A stretch of 59,555 nt of DNA, counting the filler, from Dugesia japonica (taxonomy: Eukaryota): assembly GCA_001938525.1 (NCBI GenBank). It is 5 parts of 5 records of this genome, joined end to end, with 100 filler letters (N's around TTAATTAATTAA, not from the genome) between each part and the next. Parts side by side here need not be neighbours in the genome. Positions count along the whole stretch, not along the records: positions 19,957 to 28,810 come from MQRL01618604.1; positions 28,911 to 37,363 come from MQRL01584965.1; 3 more parts are not named here. One strand, written 5' to 3'. The notes under the pieces are model-generated. The model was not told the origin of the DNA and made no database searches. It saw nothing but the letters and a program-made list of their open reading frames with translations. Each line of letters opens with the position of its first letter. The stretch's first letter is position 1. This document shows, piece by piece, positions 26,084 to 35,950 of this stretch. A program made the translations under genes and the position numbers.

Positions 26084-27298
26084 ATGCAGCACCTACTAAA
26101 CCTTGATTTTGTTTTAGAGAGGGTTATACCCACTTTAGAAAATCTTATTAAGTTTAATGATGATAAAGATTACTTTGAACCAATATTAAAAAATACAATA
26201 GATTTAAAATTTATTGTTAATTATATGTTAACCAACTCATGTAGAGCAAGTGAGGCTATTAAACATTTGGGTGAAAATAAAAAGAAACCAATACCAACGA
26301 CACCAACACCAACAGCAACAATATCAACACCCACAACAACAAAACCAAAATCAAAACCAACAAGATCAAAACCAAAAACAACAAGACCAATACCAAAACC
26401 AAGACCTGAGCCTCAAATTAAAAGAAAAACATTTGAAGAAGAAATTAAATCCGATTCTGATTCTGATTCTGATTCTAGTTCTAGTTCAAATTCTAGTTCT
26501 AATTCTAATTCTAATTCTAATTCTAGTTCTAATTCTAGTTCTAATTCTAATTTGGATTCCGAACCCGAACCCGAACTCGCAGCAGCAGAATCGGAATCGG
26601 AATCGGAATCGGAACCTGAACCAGAACCTGTAGCTGTAGTAGTAAAACACAAACCAGCACCAGTAGTAAAAAGCAATGCACCAGTAGTAAAAAACAATGC
26701 ACCAGTAGTAAAAAGCAATGCACCAGTAGTAAAAAGCAATGTAGGAGTAAAAAACAATGTGGAAGTAGTAGTAAAACACAAACCAGGGGGAGTAGTAACA
26801 GAGCCTGAACCAGAAGGAGTAGTACTAACACTAGAAAATAAATTAAGTTTTAAAAATGGATTTTTAGGATCTTTTACATCATTAGGATATGAGGAAAATA
26901 AACTTGTAGAAAACCGTTTAAAATTTTTAGATAAAAAAGAAGATTTTAAATCACTCGATTTAGAAGGATTAACAACAAAAATTTATCATTGGGATGGTGT
27001 ATTAGCAAAATCCAAACGAATTACTTTAATAGCTTATTCAAATTTGGGGGAATTACTAAGAATATTAAAATTTAGATTAAAAAAGAATGAAAAACTTTTA
27101 GAATACTTAAAACTAATGGGAATTGAGTATTCAATGAGGCATATAAACAGATTAATTCAATTTAGCAGATTAGTAGATGACTTCCCAATTGTATTAAAAT
27201 CCAGTTTTTCATTTTACATGATTACATTAAATATTTGTGAGATTAGAAAAATTCTTGAAGAAAAAAAATTAAACCAGCCATGCATGACTGGTTTTTAA
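26084..27298 (+). CDS. Uncharacterised 404-aa protein: N-terminal helical domain, long Pro/Thr/Ser/Glu low-complexity linker, C-terminal helical (possibly DNA-binding) domain
   Basis: Uninterrupted ORF preceded by TTTATAAAAATG. It contains 6-nt repeats and about four 21-nt APVVK(S/N)N repeats (about 26658-26760). Confidence 0.75.
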   Translation: MQHLLNLDFVLERVIPTLENLIKFNDDKDYFEPILKNTIDLKFIVNYMLTNSCRASEAIKHLGENKKKPIPTTPTPTATISTPTTTKPKSKPTRSKPKTTRPIPKPRPEPQIKRKTFEEEIKSDSDSDSDSSSSSNSSSNSNSNSNSSSNSSSNSNLDSEPEPELAAAESESESESEPEPEPVAVVVKHKPAPVVKSNAPVVKNNAPVVKSNAPVVKSNVGVKNNVEVVVKHKPGGVVTEPEPEGVVLTLENKLSFKNGFLGSFTSLGYEENKLVENRLKFLDKKEDFKSLDLEGLTTKIYHWDGVLAKSKRITLIAYSNLGELLRILKFRLKKNEKLLEYLKLMGIEYSMRHINRLIQFSRLVDDFPIVLKSSFSFYMITLNICEIRKILEEKKLNQPCMTGF

Positions 27299-27321
27299 AA
27301 TTACCCCTTATATAAAATTGT

Positions 27322-27336
27322 GACTGCGTAGCAGTC
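27322..27336 (+). terminator. Hairpin H3 gactgc-GTA-gcagtc
   Basis: Perfect 6-bp stem, 23 nt after the stop at 27298. Confidence 0.5.
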
Positions 27337-27381
27337 TTTATTAATTACCAATTTAAATACTAACATTTAACATTTAACAAA

Positions 27382-27398
27382 AGCCCACTGCGTGGGCT
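27382..27398 (-). promoter_or_regulatory. Hairpin H4 agcccac-GCA-gtgggct (minus-strand reading)
   Basis: Perfect 7-bp stem, 18 nt upstream of the penton ATG. Confidence 0.5.
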
Positions 27399-27416
27399 AT
27401 AATTTTTATTTATAAA

Positions 27417-28088
27417 ATGTCGCATCAATTCTTAATAGTTGGAAAGGAGCAAGATTTAAAATTAGATTTAAAATTTCCTTTAGAATTAGATTCCGAATAT
27501 GAACTTGGTTTAATTTGTTTTACATGCTATAACATTATTTTTAACATTACAAATGAAAATAATAAATTTAATATTAAAGATAAAATTGAACCTGGAGCTT
27601 ATGAAATAAAAGAAATATTAGCTAGATTAGAAAAGTATGGAATTGAGGTTTCGGCAGATACATCTACAACAAAATGTTACATGAAAATAACAAATACATT
27701 AACATTTGATGATAAATCTTTTTTTCACAAAATTTTAATTTTTGCGGTAAAATCTTATCCTTCAGGTAAATATTATTCTGAAAATAAAATTGACATCTCA
27801 AATATTAATATGATAAATTTAACTTGTAATATTGTTAAAGGTAATTATGTTAGTGCCGCTAACAGCACAACTACTAAAAATATTAATTTATTATATTCCT
27901 TTCCAATTAATACTGTTCCTTTTGGATTTAAAATTATTGAAAGACCTTCATTTCCAATTTATTCTAAAATTAATACAAAATATATTGATAGTTTAAGATT
28001 TAATGTTGTTGATGAAAATTTCAATACAATTGATTTTAACCAAGAAATGATTTCGATTTTAGTACATCTTCGTAATTATAGACTTTAA
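27417..28088 (+). CDS. Minor capsid protein (penton, single jelly-roll), Polinton type
   Basis: FPLELDSEYELGLICF..YNIIFNITNENNKF...IEPGAYEIKEI...INLTCNIVKGNY...LLYSF..NTVPFGFKIIERP..PIY...VVDEN...IDFNQE.ISILVHLR is the typical Polinton mCP pattern. Confidence 0.85.
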   Translation: MSHQFLIVGKEQDLKLDLKFPLELDSEYELGLICFTCYNIIFNITNENNKFNIKDKIEPGAYEIKEILARLEKYGIEVSADTSTTKCYMKITNTLTFDDKSFFHKILIFAVKSYPSGKYYSENKIDISNINMINLTCNIVKGNYVSAANSTTTKNINLLYSFPINTVPFGFKIIERPSFPIYSKINTKYIDSLRFNVVDENFNTIDFNQEMISILVHLRNYRL

Positions 28089-28103
28089 TGTTGTAGTATG
28101 AGA

Positions 28104-28122
28104 AAGCTTGCGAAGCAAGCTT
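28104..28122 (+). terminator. Hairpin H5 aagcttgc-GAA-gcaagctt
   Basis: Perfect 8-bp stem, 15 nt after the penton stop. Confidence 0.5.
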
Positions 28123-28157
28123 GTTAATATTTTACATTACTTAATTACCTAGATTTT

Positions 28158-28202
28158 AATGTGTCATTCCAAAACGATTAATCGTATTGGGATTGACACA
28201 TT
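28158..28202. promoter_or_regulatory. 45-bp imperfect palindrome centred on ACGATTAATCGT between convergent penton and protease genes
   Basis: aatgtgtca-ttccaa-a-acgattaatcgt-a-ttggga-t-tgacacatt, homologous to 25945-25998. Confidence 0.5.
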
Positions 28203-28221
28203 TATTCCCTAATATTAAACA

Positions 28222-28238
28222 AGCCTGCTGCACAGACT
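28222..28238 (-). terminator. Hairpin H6 agtctgt-GCA-gcaggct (minus strand, two G-T pairs)
   Basis: 5 nt downstream of the protease stop. It pairs fully only on the minus strand. Confidence 0.45.
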
Positions 28239-28243
28239 AAATG

Positions 28244-28684
28244 CTAAACATTTATCAAATCATACAATTTTTTCATCTCCAAAATAATATCATCAAAATC
28301 AACATGTGAAATCTTATACAAAAAATAAATACATAAAATTCCACAAATTTTCGTGCCGTAATGCTGGACCACAATTTCATTATATTTCTTAGTCCTAGCA
28401 ACGATTTGTTCTAAAGGTTTTAATCCAAAAGAATCAAAATAATAACCTTTAGAAAAACATGTCCAATGTGTTCCCTTTTGATTTGAATTTTGATAATTAA
28501 AGATAATATTTTTATTATTTAAAAGGGGAGCATGCTCCCCATCTATTTTAAAACATTTGGCAATCTCATCCTTCATACAAATCTCTAAATCTAAATCTAA
28601 AAAATCTGCTATTGAATATAAATCAAAATTTGTAGTTGTATTAATTCCAAAAGTTTTTAAGAAATCTAATAAATTATAATCCAT
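28244..28684 (-). CDS. Adenain-like (adenovirus-type) maturation cysteine protease
   Basis: IIFNYQNSNQKGTHW...YYFDSFG..P...VQHYGTKICG.LCIYFL: catalytic His, Asp, oxyanion Gln and Cys are all intact. Confidence 0.9.
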   Translation of the reverse strand: MDYNLLDFLKTFGINTTTNFDLYSIADFLDLDLEICMKDEIAKCFKIDGEHAPLLNNKNIIFNYQNSNQKGTHWTCFSKGYYFDSFGLKPLEQIVARTKKYNEIVVQHYGTKICGILCIYFLYKISHVDFDDIILEMKKLYDLINV

Positions 28685-28751
28685 TTATTACATTAAAGAT
28701 TTAGCATTTAATAGGGCCGCTTTGCGGCCCAAATAATTATTATAATAAATG
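28682..28751. promoter_or_regulatory. Divergent promoter region: TAATAAATG on both strands flanking hairpin H7 gggccgc-ttt-gcggccc (28714-28730)
   Basis: Both divergent ATGs (28684 minus, 28749 plus) sit in the identical nonamer TAATAAATG. Confidence 0.55.
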
Positions 28752-28810
28752 AATAAATTTGGTGAAAGTTTATTTACAATAAATAATTCACAATTAATAA
28801 AACATGTTGA
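28749..28810 (+). CDS. 5' start of a further element gene (MNKFGESLFTINNSQLIKHV...), cut by the contig end
   Basis: Open frame from the TAAATG start to the gap. Confidence 0.5.
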
Positions 28811-28910
28811 NNNNNNNNNNNNNNNNNNNNNNNNNNNNNNNNNNNNNNNNNNNNTTAATTAATTAANNNNNNNNNNNNNNNNNNNNNNNNNNNNNNNNNN
28901 NNNNNNNNNN

Positions 28911-31900
28911 AAACACGTCAATTGGAACCAACAATGAAAAGTTTACTACCAAAAAAGAAGGAAACCGACATCTTACGATGTGAAGACACTTGGAACTATC
29001 TATTCAAACAAACTTATTGAATATCGACTAAGCATCGAAAAACAATTAAAATGCACACACCCAGCACCATTCAGAAAAGGAAGGAAAAAGTCATGTCATT
29101 GACAGCAAATTTCTTTATTACCACTATTCGATTTACCACAAGATAAAATTGAAAAAAGATTTTATTATTCAGTGCGATATCTGTACAAAAAAAATGGATC
29201 CACAAAAAANNNNNNNNNNNNNNNNNNNNNNNNNNNNNNNNNNNNNNNNCACGGCTCTACTCCATCCAGAGTGCAAACTAGGAACGAGAACGTTGGAAAA
29301 AAAGAGCATTTCTGAGCTCAGGAAAAAATGAGCACCATCTTCTAGAAATAGACTGTTCATCTGATACGACAATCTTCAAATACTCAGCAAAGAAAGGGAA
29401 AAGTTTTGAAACATCCTTAAACAATATTGAAACCCTTATCAAGGAACATCTCAATATCCATCTCAAAATGATCTTAAATACACTGAAAATATTATTCTGT
29501 TTAAATGTGTTTACAGTTCTAACTTCGAAAACTTAATTAACCACATAGAAGCTTGGAATGGTCAAACAACTGAATCAAACACTGCTGAAGATTTTCAACT
29601 CTTTGAATCGGATGCCTCGCAACTATGACTAAGTAACTATGTCATCGAAACCTACCTCAAAAAATNGTTTTAGATAAAAACACTCTGTTCATTAATTCAT
29701 ATATCGGAAATGCTCCTCTGCACAATCAATGGAATGAATTCTATAGATCATTTCCATTAAATCATCTTAGAAACACCAGGAAAGTGATTCTCCCTTACAA
29801 TTGGAAAAACACTCACTGGATCCTTTTCTATGCAGACAAATATAAATATGAATCCATCTTGATTGATCCAGCTTCAACATACTTCTCAACAGATAGATCT
29901 TCATGATTAGCTTAACAAATTAATTTCCAATTTCTGCTATTCTAAAGAAAACATCAACCTAACAATCAAAACATCATACAATCATCCTACTCAAAGAGGT
30001 GACCATATTTGTGGGATTTTGTGATACATTTTACAAAATGTCTTCTCAATAANNNNNNNNNNNNNNNNNNNNNNNNNNNNNNNNNNNNNNNNNNNNNNNN
30101 NNNCATAGTCAGCAATCATATTAAAGAAATTTGTACATCCAATCACACCAACTTGAAACCAAAGATGGCTCCTTTCATTATAAGAATTAGAGAAGGCACA
30201 ATAAACACAACGAAAGCGCTCAATAAAGTATTTAGAGAACTACTCAAAATAGTTCCTAACAAGCTTATCAATAAAGGAACCAAACACACTTTCCACAAGA
30301 TCAGAGATGATCTTAATGAGTCTAAATACTCATTTCAGAGCAAATATATGAAAATTCCTTTGGAAGTATTTAATAAAATTCTTGGATCTACAATTCAAAA
30401 CTCAACACAAACTAAAGAGAATATTATCAATCATTTTACTCAGATTCAGCCGGAAAACCTAAATAAACATAAGTTTAAACTTCTTGATATCCCCGTTTTT
30501 GAAGATTTTCACACTAACAATGAAATATCATTAAATGAAATCAAAACTGCTTTTAACACTACTTCAAAATCCTCACCCAGGATGGATGGAATCAATTTCT
30601 GTGACTGACTTAAAATTGACTCTAGTCACCTTTTTCTACAGACTTTATTCAACAGAATTCTAAAGATTAAGGATATACCTGATTATTACCCGTCTTGAAA
30701 CCGGGAAAGGAAGCGGAATCTCATCTGGTCTCATCTTGGAGACCTAAAGCAATTTTAAATACTTCATACAAGTTATTTGCAATCGTAATGAATAACAGAA
30801 TTCTCAGTTTGATTTCCGTAGGAAACTTTCTCTCACCAACTCAAAATGCGGTTAATATATCAGACGGATGCTCACAGCACAATGCTACAATACAATTAAT
30901 TAGAGAAAAAGCTGAGCGCTAGAAATNAAATCTTAACCTTACTTGGCTTGATCTGGCAAACACCTTTGGAAGTATTCCTCATGAGTTGCTCTGGTACATG
31001 CTCAAACGTATGGAATTACACCCTCAGACCGTTACTCTTCTTAAGGAGTTATACAGATATGTTTACTCTTCTTACAAATGTCTAGACATAACAAAAAGCG
31101 ATATCATAATCATCAAAGAGTCAAATAAGAATGCCCTATGTCTATGACGCTTTTTAGCCTGATTATTGATTTCATTATTAGAGAAACCTTAAAAGCATTT
31201 CCCCTAACTCCTAATGGATATAATCTTGCTATTCTAGCTTATGCAGACGATCTTGTACTTATATCCAACAATTAAAATAAGATGAATCATATGATAAACA
31301 AAATTATAAGTCTCACGGATTCAAGCCATCTCAAGTTCAGACCAAGCAAATGTGGATTCTTCCAACTTAAAGAAAACCCTAATGAAACTCGCAATATCAA
31401 AATTTACAATGTAGCGATTTCAAAAATTAATGAAGAAAACCATTACAATTACTTGGGAGTACCATTTGGAGAAACTNAAAGAAAACAACCTTCTAAACAT
31501 CATCAACAGGGCAATGGAAGACATTGGGAAAATTACAGAAAGCAATCTTCATCCATCACAAAAAATCCAAGCGTACAAAATGTTTATTCATTTAGAGACA
31601 TTCATCATATGAAACTTAACAATCCTCATCACAAAAAAGTTGACTGCAGTACAGGCCGACCAGAATACGATCATACTATCAAAGGATTAATTAAGAACCT
31701 CATTCAATCTCCAAATAGCAGTCACAATAATGCCTTTTTCTACTTTTTATCTAAACTCGGTGGATTAGGTTTGATGCCTTCAATCGATAAGTACTATATT
31801 CAAAGTATAGTAAATACCTTCCGGATCCTCAATTCTCAAAATACTTGTTTCAAAGTGTTTACAAGAAGAGAACTTGAGCATACTGGAAAAGACAGATTCA

Positions 31901-32900
31901 AAAACGATAAGACATATTCGTTTGAGAAATGTCTAGGCTCGCTTAACAATACTATTCCACCTCAATATAAAGCTAATATTACTGCATCCTTGTGGACCAG
32001 AGTAAAGACGTCAATAAAAAGACTTAAAGAAGACCATAAACTAAAACTGCTCTTCTAAATTGAAGAAAATGAAATAGCCCTGAAAATCATTAGACTGAAT
32101 AATTACAATTCCTCTCTCAATATACTGATCAAAAACAGCTCGAAATCTAAATTATGCAATGTCCTACATACTGAAATTGGAATGACATTTTCCAAAAATG
32201 GAAAAACATTTTTACACAAGGTCTTCTTACAACCTGTCTAGCCTCATCAGGCTATGATCACAAATTTATGAAAAACATTAACCTTTCTGAAACCGATTAA
32301 CTCTTCATTGTCAGAGTAAGGAAACTTCTTCTGAGAACCAACTACAATCCATACAGACTGAAGAGCATAATGCTAATTCACTGTAGACAATGTGGTACTG
32401 AAGCTGAAACTCAGACACACATATTCAACCACTGCTCAGCCACGAGGAATCAAAAGTNTAATAAACACAACCATATTATGTAAAAGGTTGCANTTCAACT
32501 TAGAAAATGGAACTTCGATGTAAAAATGGATTCATGTACAAAAGGCCTCATCATCAAGAGCCACAGAAATGCAAAAATTCACATTCTTGACATCAAGGTT
32601 CCAAATGATTCATTACAAGGCTTCGCAAAAGTTAGAGAAGGTAAAAGGAAAAATAAGAATGTATCAAAGCCAAAATAAGATCAAAATCCCACAAAGACGT
32701 TATACTTGATGCTCTTGTTATTGCACGTTAGGCTCTTGGGACCCCTTTAATCAAAAGGCTATTTAGCAAATTGGTCTAACTTCAAATAAAATAAAGAAAA
32801 TCTCGCAAATACCAATCGAAAGAGTAATCAAAGTGAGTCATCACATTTACTTAGGTCATATAATCACTGAGGTTAAATTTCCCTCAATTCAAAATTAAAT
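28911..32900 (+). mobile_element. Decayed RLE-type non-LTR retrotransposon (NeSL/Utopia-like, R2 group) with Ulp1-like protease
   Basis: Ulp1: LSNYVIETYL, ILPYNWKNTHWILF..IDP, TQRGDHICG. RT: SSPRMDGI, WRPKAILNTSYKLF, WLDLANTFGSIPH, LAYADDLVLI, YLGVP, GGLGL. CCHC knuckle CRQCGTEAETQTHIFNHC, then KHNHI and RLE ILDIKVP...LGSWDP. Many stops and shifts. Confidence 0.85.
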
Positions 32901-33069
32901 TCCGTTTAGTCTCAAAACGCATAAGAACTTAATCAAATTGAGTTCTTCTGAATTAAAAAATTTAATAAAACAAAAATCTATGATCTCGGATTTATTCAAA
33001 TCATTCAGGACTTATTTGGACTAGTCACCCACAAACTGATCTATAAATAAATTTTGTTTTGTTGAATAA

Positions 33070-33830
33070 GCTAATGCTAACTCATTATGCTAAAGAAAAT
33101 TATGTATTGCACTGAAAACTGCTACAAATGTACATAAGATTAGGAGTTGAAGTNAAAGTGGTCCATAGAGCAGTAAAATTTATTCAAGTTCACATANTTG
33201 AAAAATATATTGAAACAAACACTACATGAAGAGCAAAATGTANTAGCGAGCTTGAGAAAAATTATTACAAACTATTGGATAATAGTTTGTATGGGAAATC
33301 TGTTGAAAATTTAAAGAAAAGGATAGATTTACGATTATGCAATACTAAAAAAAAGCTTGCGACATATTCTTCAAAACTTAACTTCCAGAAATCCATAAAG
33401 AATCTTAACAAATTACCAGTTTGTTGAAGAAAGATGGATTATTAGATACTTCAAACTATAGTAAAGATCATCCACTCTATAGTAATCAGTTGAATTTTTG
33501 TCATTAGTAAGTTTAAAGACGAGAATAAGAGGAAGAAGTATTTAGAGTGAATATTCTTACGTCCAAAATGTTAAAGTTTGCTTTCTGATAAAAAAAACAA
33601 TGAAAGCAAAAGGTGTAACATTGATAAATAGTTGCATCAACCATCAGACATATGTTGACTGCTATAATAATTAGGATCAATTAGTCGATCAATTTAGAAT
33701 TGTATCGAAAAATCATCAGTTGTTTAGCATAAAAAGTAAGAAAATAGGATTAAGTAGCAACGATAATAAGAGGTATTGGTTAGGGAAAAAAAGAAAGCAT
33801 ACCTTACTGACATTTTAAAATAAAATAAAA
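33070..33830 (+). pseudogene. Decayed Polinton pPolB C-terminal fragment (second family)
   Basis: KNYYKLLDNSLYGKSVENLKKRIDLRL, FKDE, LRPK, KAKGV and KKIGLSSNDNKRYW. It closely resembles 55578-55970. Confidence 0.8.
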
Positions 33831-35349
33831 TACTTTTCACTATAAAACATCAAATAATCCGGTCTTATGAAGAACTTCAATACTGGTTAGCAATTGTTTT
33901 TATATCACAAATTATTAATTATTTCTATTTAGAAAAGAAAAAAACAATGTAAAAATTTGTATAAAAAAAACTAATGTGAATGATTAATCGGTCCTCTTTA
34001 AAAAACAAAAAATAAAAGATTTTTATGATAATTGTTATTTTAGTTTTATTAATAAGTCATTTTAATTGTTATTAGCATACATTAACCATGGAATATCTAA
34101 ACAAGGTTAAATCTTACTGAACATGTATTCACCGATAAGCAAATAAATTTACTTAACAAAAGTCCGAACTATATCCAGACCAATTCAAAAGTTTCTGACT
34201 CATCAAATATTGCAATGATTAAAGCTTCTATTCACAGTTTAAAATGCCAATTACATTGATTAGAAAATACAGCAAATGAAACATCTAATGATTACTCAAT
34301 TTTTTTATTGAAATGGAAGTATACACAAACATTCAGACGCACGATACCAAATTATAATTCTCCTATTATGGAAATTGACAACAACATTTAGAACCTTCAA
34401 TTTAAATTATTACAAACATATAAATACAATAAGAATAACAATAAAGAAAGTAATGAAAATCAAATTATCAAATAAATTAAAAATTTAAATCAATTATCAA
34501 TACACCAACTGATATAACAAATAGATTGGTAGCTCTATCTGAACAAACATACAATGAATTTTTTTCTGAACATTTAAATAATTATTAAATAATAGCCCAC
34601 AAAAGACTAGCAACTACAGAAGAAGTTAAATTCCACAAAAAATTAATCCAAATAGCAGAAAAATATGAAGATCCAATAAAATCTCTACTTTCATCAGTTA
34701 AATGTCATAAACCAGTTCCATCATCGATGTAATGTGTTCCTTAAAATCACAAAGAAATAATGATTTTATTTTACATTTTCGTTTTTTCCCCAACGCAATA
34801 GATAGAGTTTGAACTTTGATGTTTGCTTTTGTGATATCAAGTATTTCTGGACTTTAAAATCTACAGTCTAAGTTTAATCTGTTTTTAATTATTTTCTTTT
34901 CTTCTTTATAAAGTTTGATTGCTACTGTTTGTGGGTTAAGATTGAAGAACTTTACGAGATTTTTCATTAAAAATCTCAAATTTTCGCAGACCACACTGTA
35001 ATGTATTTGCGTGAGGGGTGGGGTAAGAGAAATTTTTGAATTGATAAATCAAAATAATGGGGTCATGCTGACTAATCTACCTACATACAACACAATTTTT
35101 ATTAAATTTCATTTACAACAACCAGAGTTTATTGCCGTTTATAATGGAAGAAATACCAACATTTTAATTCAAATTGTACAGATGTTGCAATTCTGTAGGT
35201 ACTGTATAAAACTAACTCTTTATAGTAGGTAGATGTGAGCGAACCAGATCACCCCACAAGCGGTAAAACCTAACTAATCTACTCAAGTGATCTACTGGTT
35301 ATCGTAGATTTTTTGATATAAGAATTTTTGATCAAATCAGATTTTTTGA

Positions 35350-35950
35350 TTGGATCAAATTCGAAAATATTTTTTGAGTTTTTAAAATTCAATTAGAATT
35401 TTTGTGGGAATTTCAAATTTTGTTTGATTTTTTTTGAATTTTTTCTATGGCGGGAAAAGATTTTGACGGTATTGGTAGTATCGGGAGTATTGAAGTTGGG
35501 TAGTATTATGTATGGAAAGTTCATGTGTATTTTTGGGTGCAAAATTTTGTATGGTGTTGTGTATGTGAGTATGTGTGTAGAAAAAACGTAAAAAAGTCAC
35601 AAGGTGTGTGTAGATGTGTATTTTTTTAGGTGTTTGTTGATGGATTTGTTCTGGCTTTCGATAGTTGTATAAATGTTTGTAAAGGTAACTAACAGTGAAA
35701 ATGATTCAGGGAATTCCAAAATGGTGAGCGCATTTTGGATGTTCGGTTGTTTGTGTGAATCTTTGAAAATCATGTTTTTTTAAAGGTGTGGGGAATGTTT
35801 TTTGATTATTGTTCGCGCAGTCTTAATGCTTTTGTCTGGGCAGTCTAGAGGTTTAAAGTTCCTAGGGGTGTGTTTGTGTGTTGTAGTGGTGTAACTTTCG
35901 TGTTGCACAATGAGTTATAAGTATATTTTATTGTTTTTAGTTGTCTAAAA
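35350..35950 (-). pseudogene. Possible degenerate LINE ORF2 3' remnant
   Basis: Strong strand skew (A/C-rich on minus) and a QTKALR segment resembling the LINE QNKALR motif. No catalytic motif was seen. Confidence 0.25.

Larger units (their letters stand above)
19957..28810. mobile_element. Maverick/Polinton (adintovirus-like) virus-like element, near-intact partial genome filling the whole contig
   Basis: Intronless, densely packed genes: pPolB, GGF-type core protein, second core-like protein, orphan, penton and adenain. Major capsid, ATPase, integrase and termini are not in the contig. Confidence 0.92.

Noticed and set aside
26250-26831. Four long overlapping ORFs in alternative frames and strands
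   Set aside because: They are by-products of 6- and 21-nt tandem repeats that lack stop codons.
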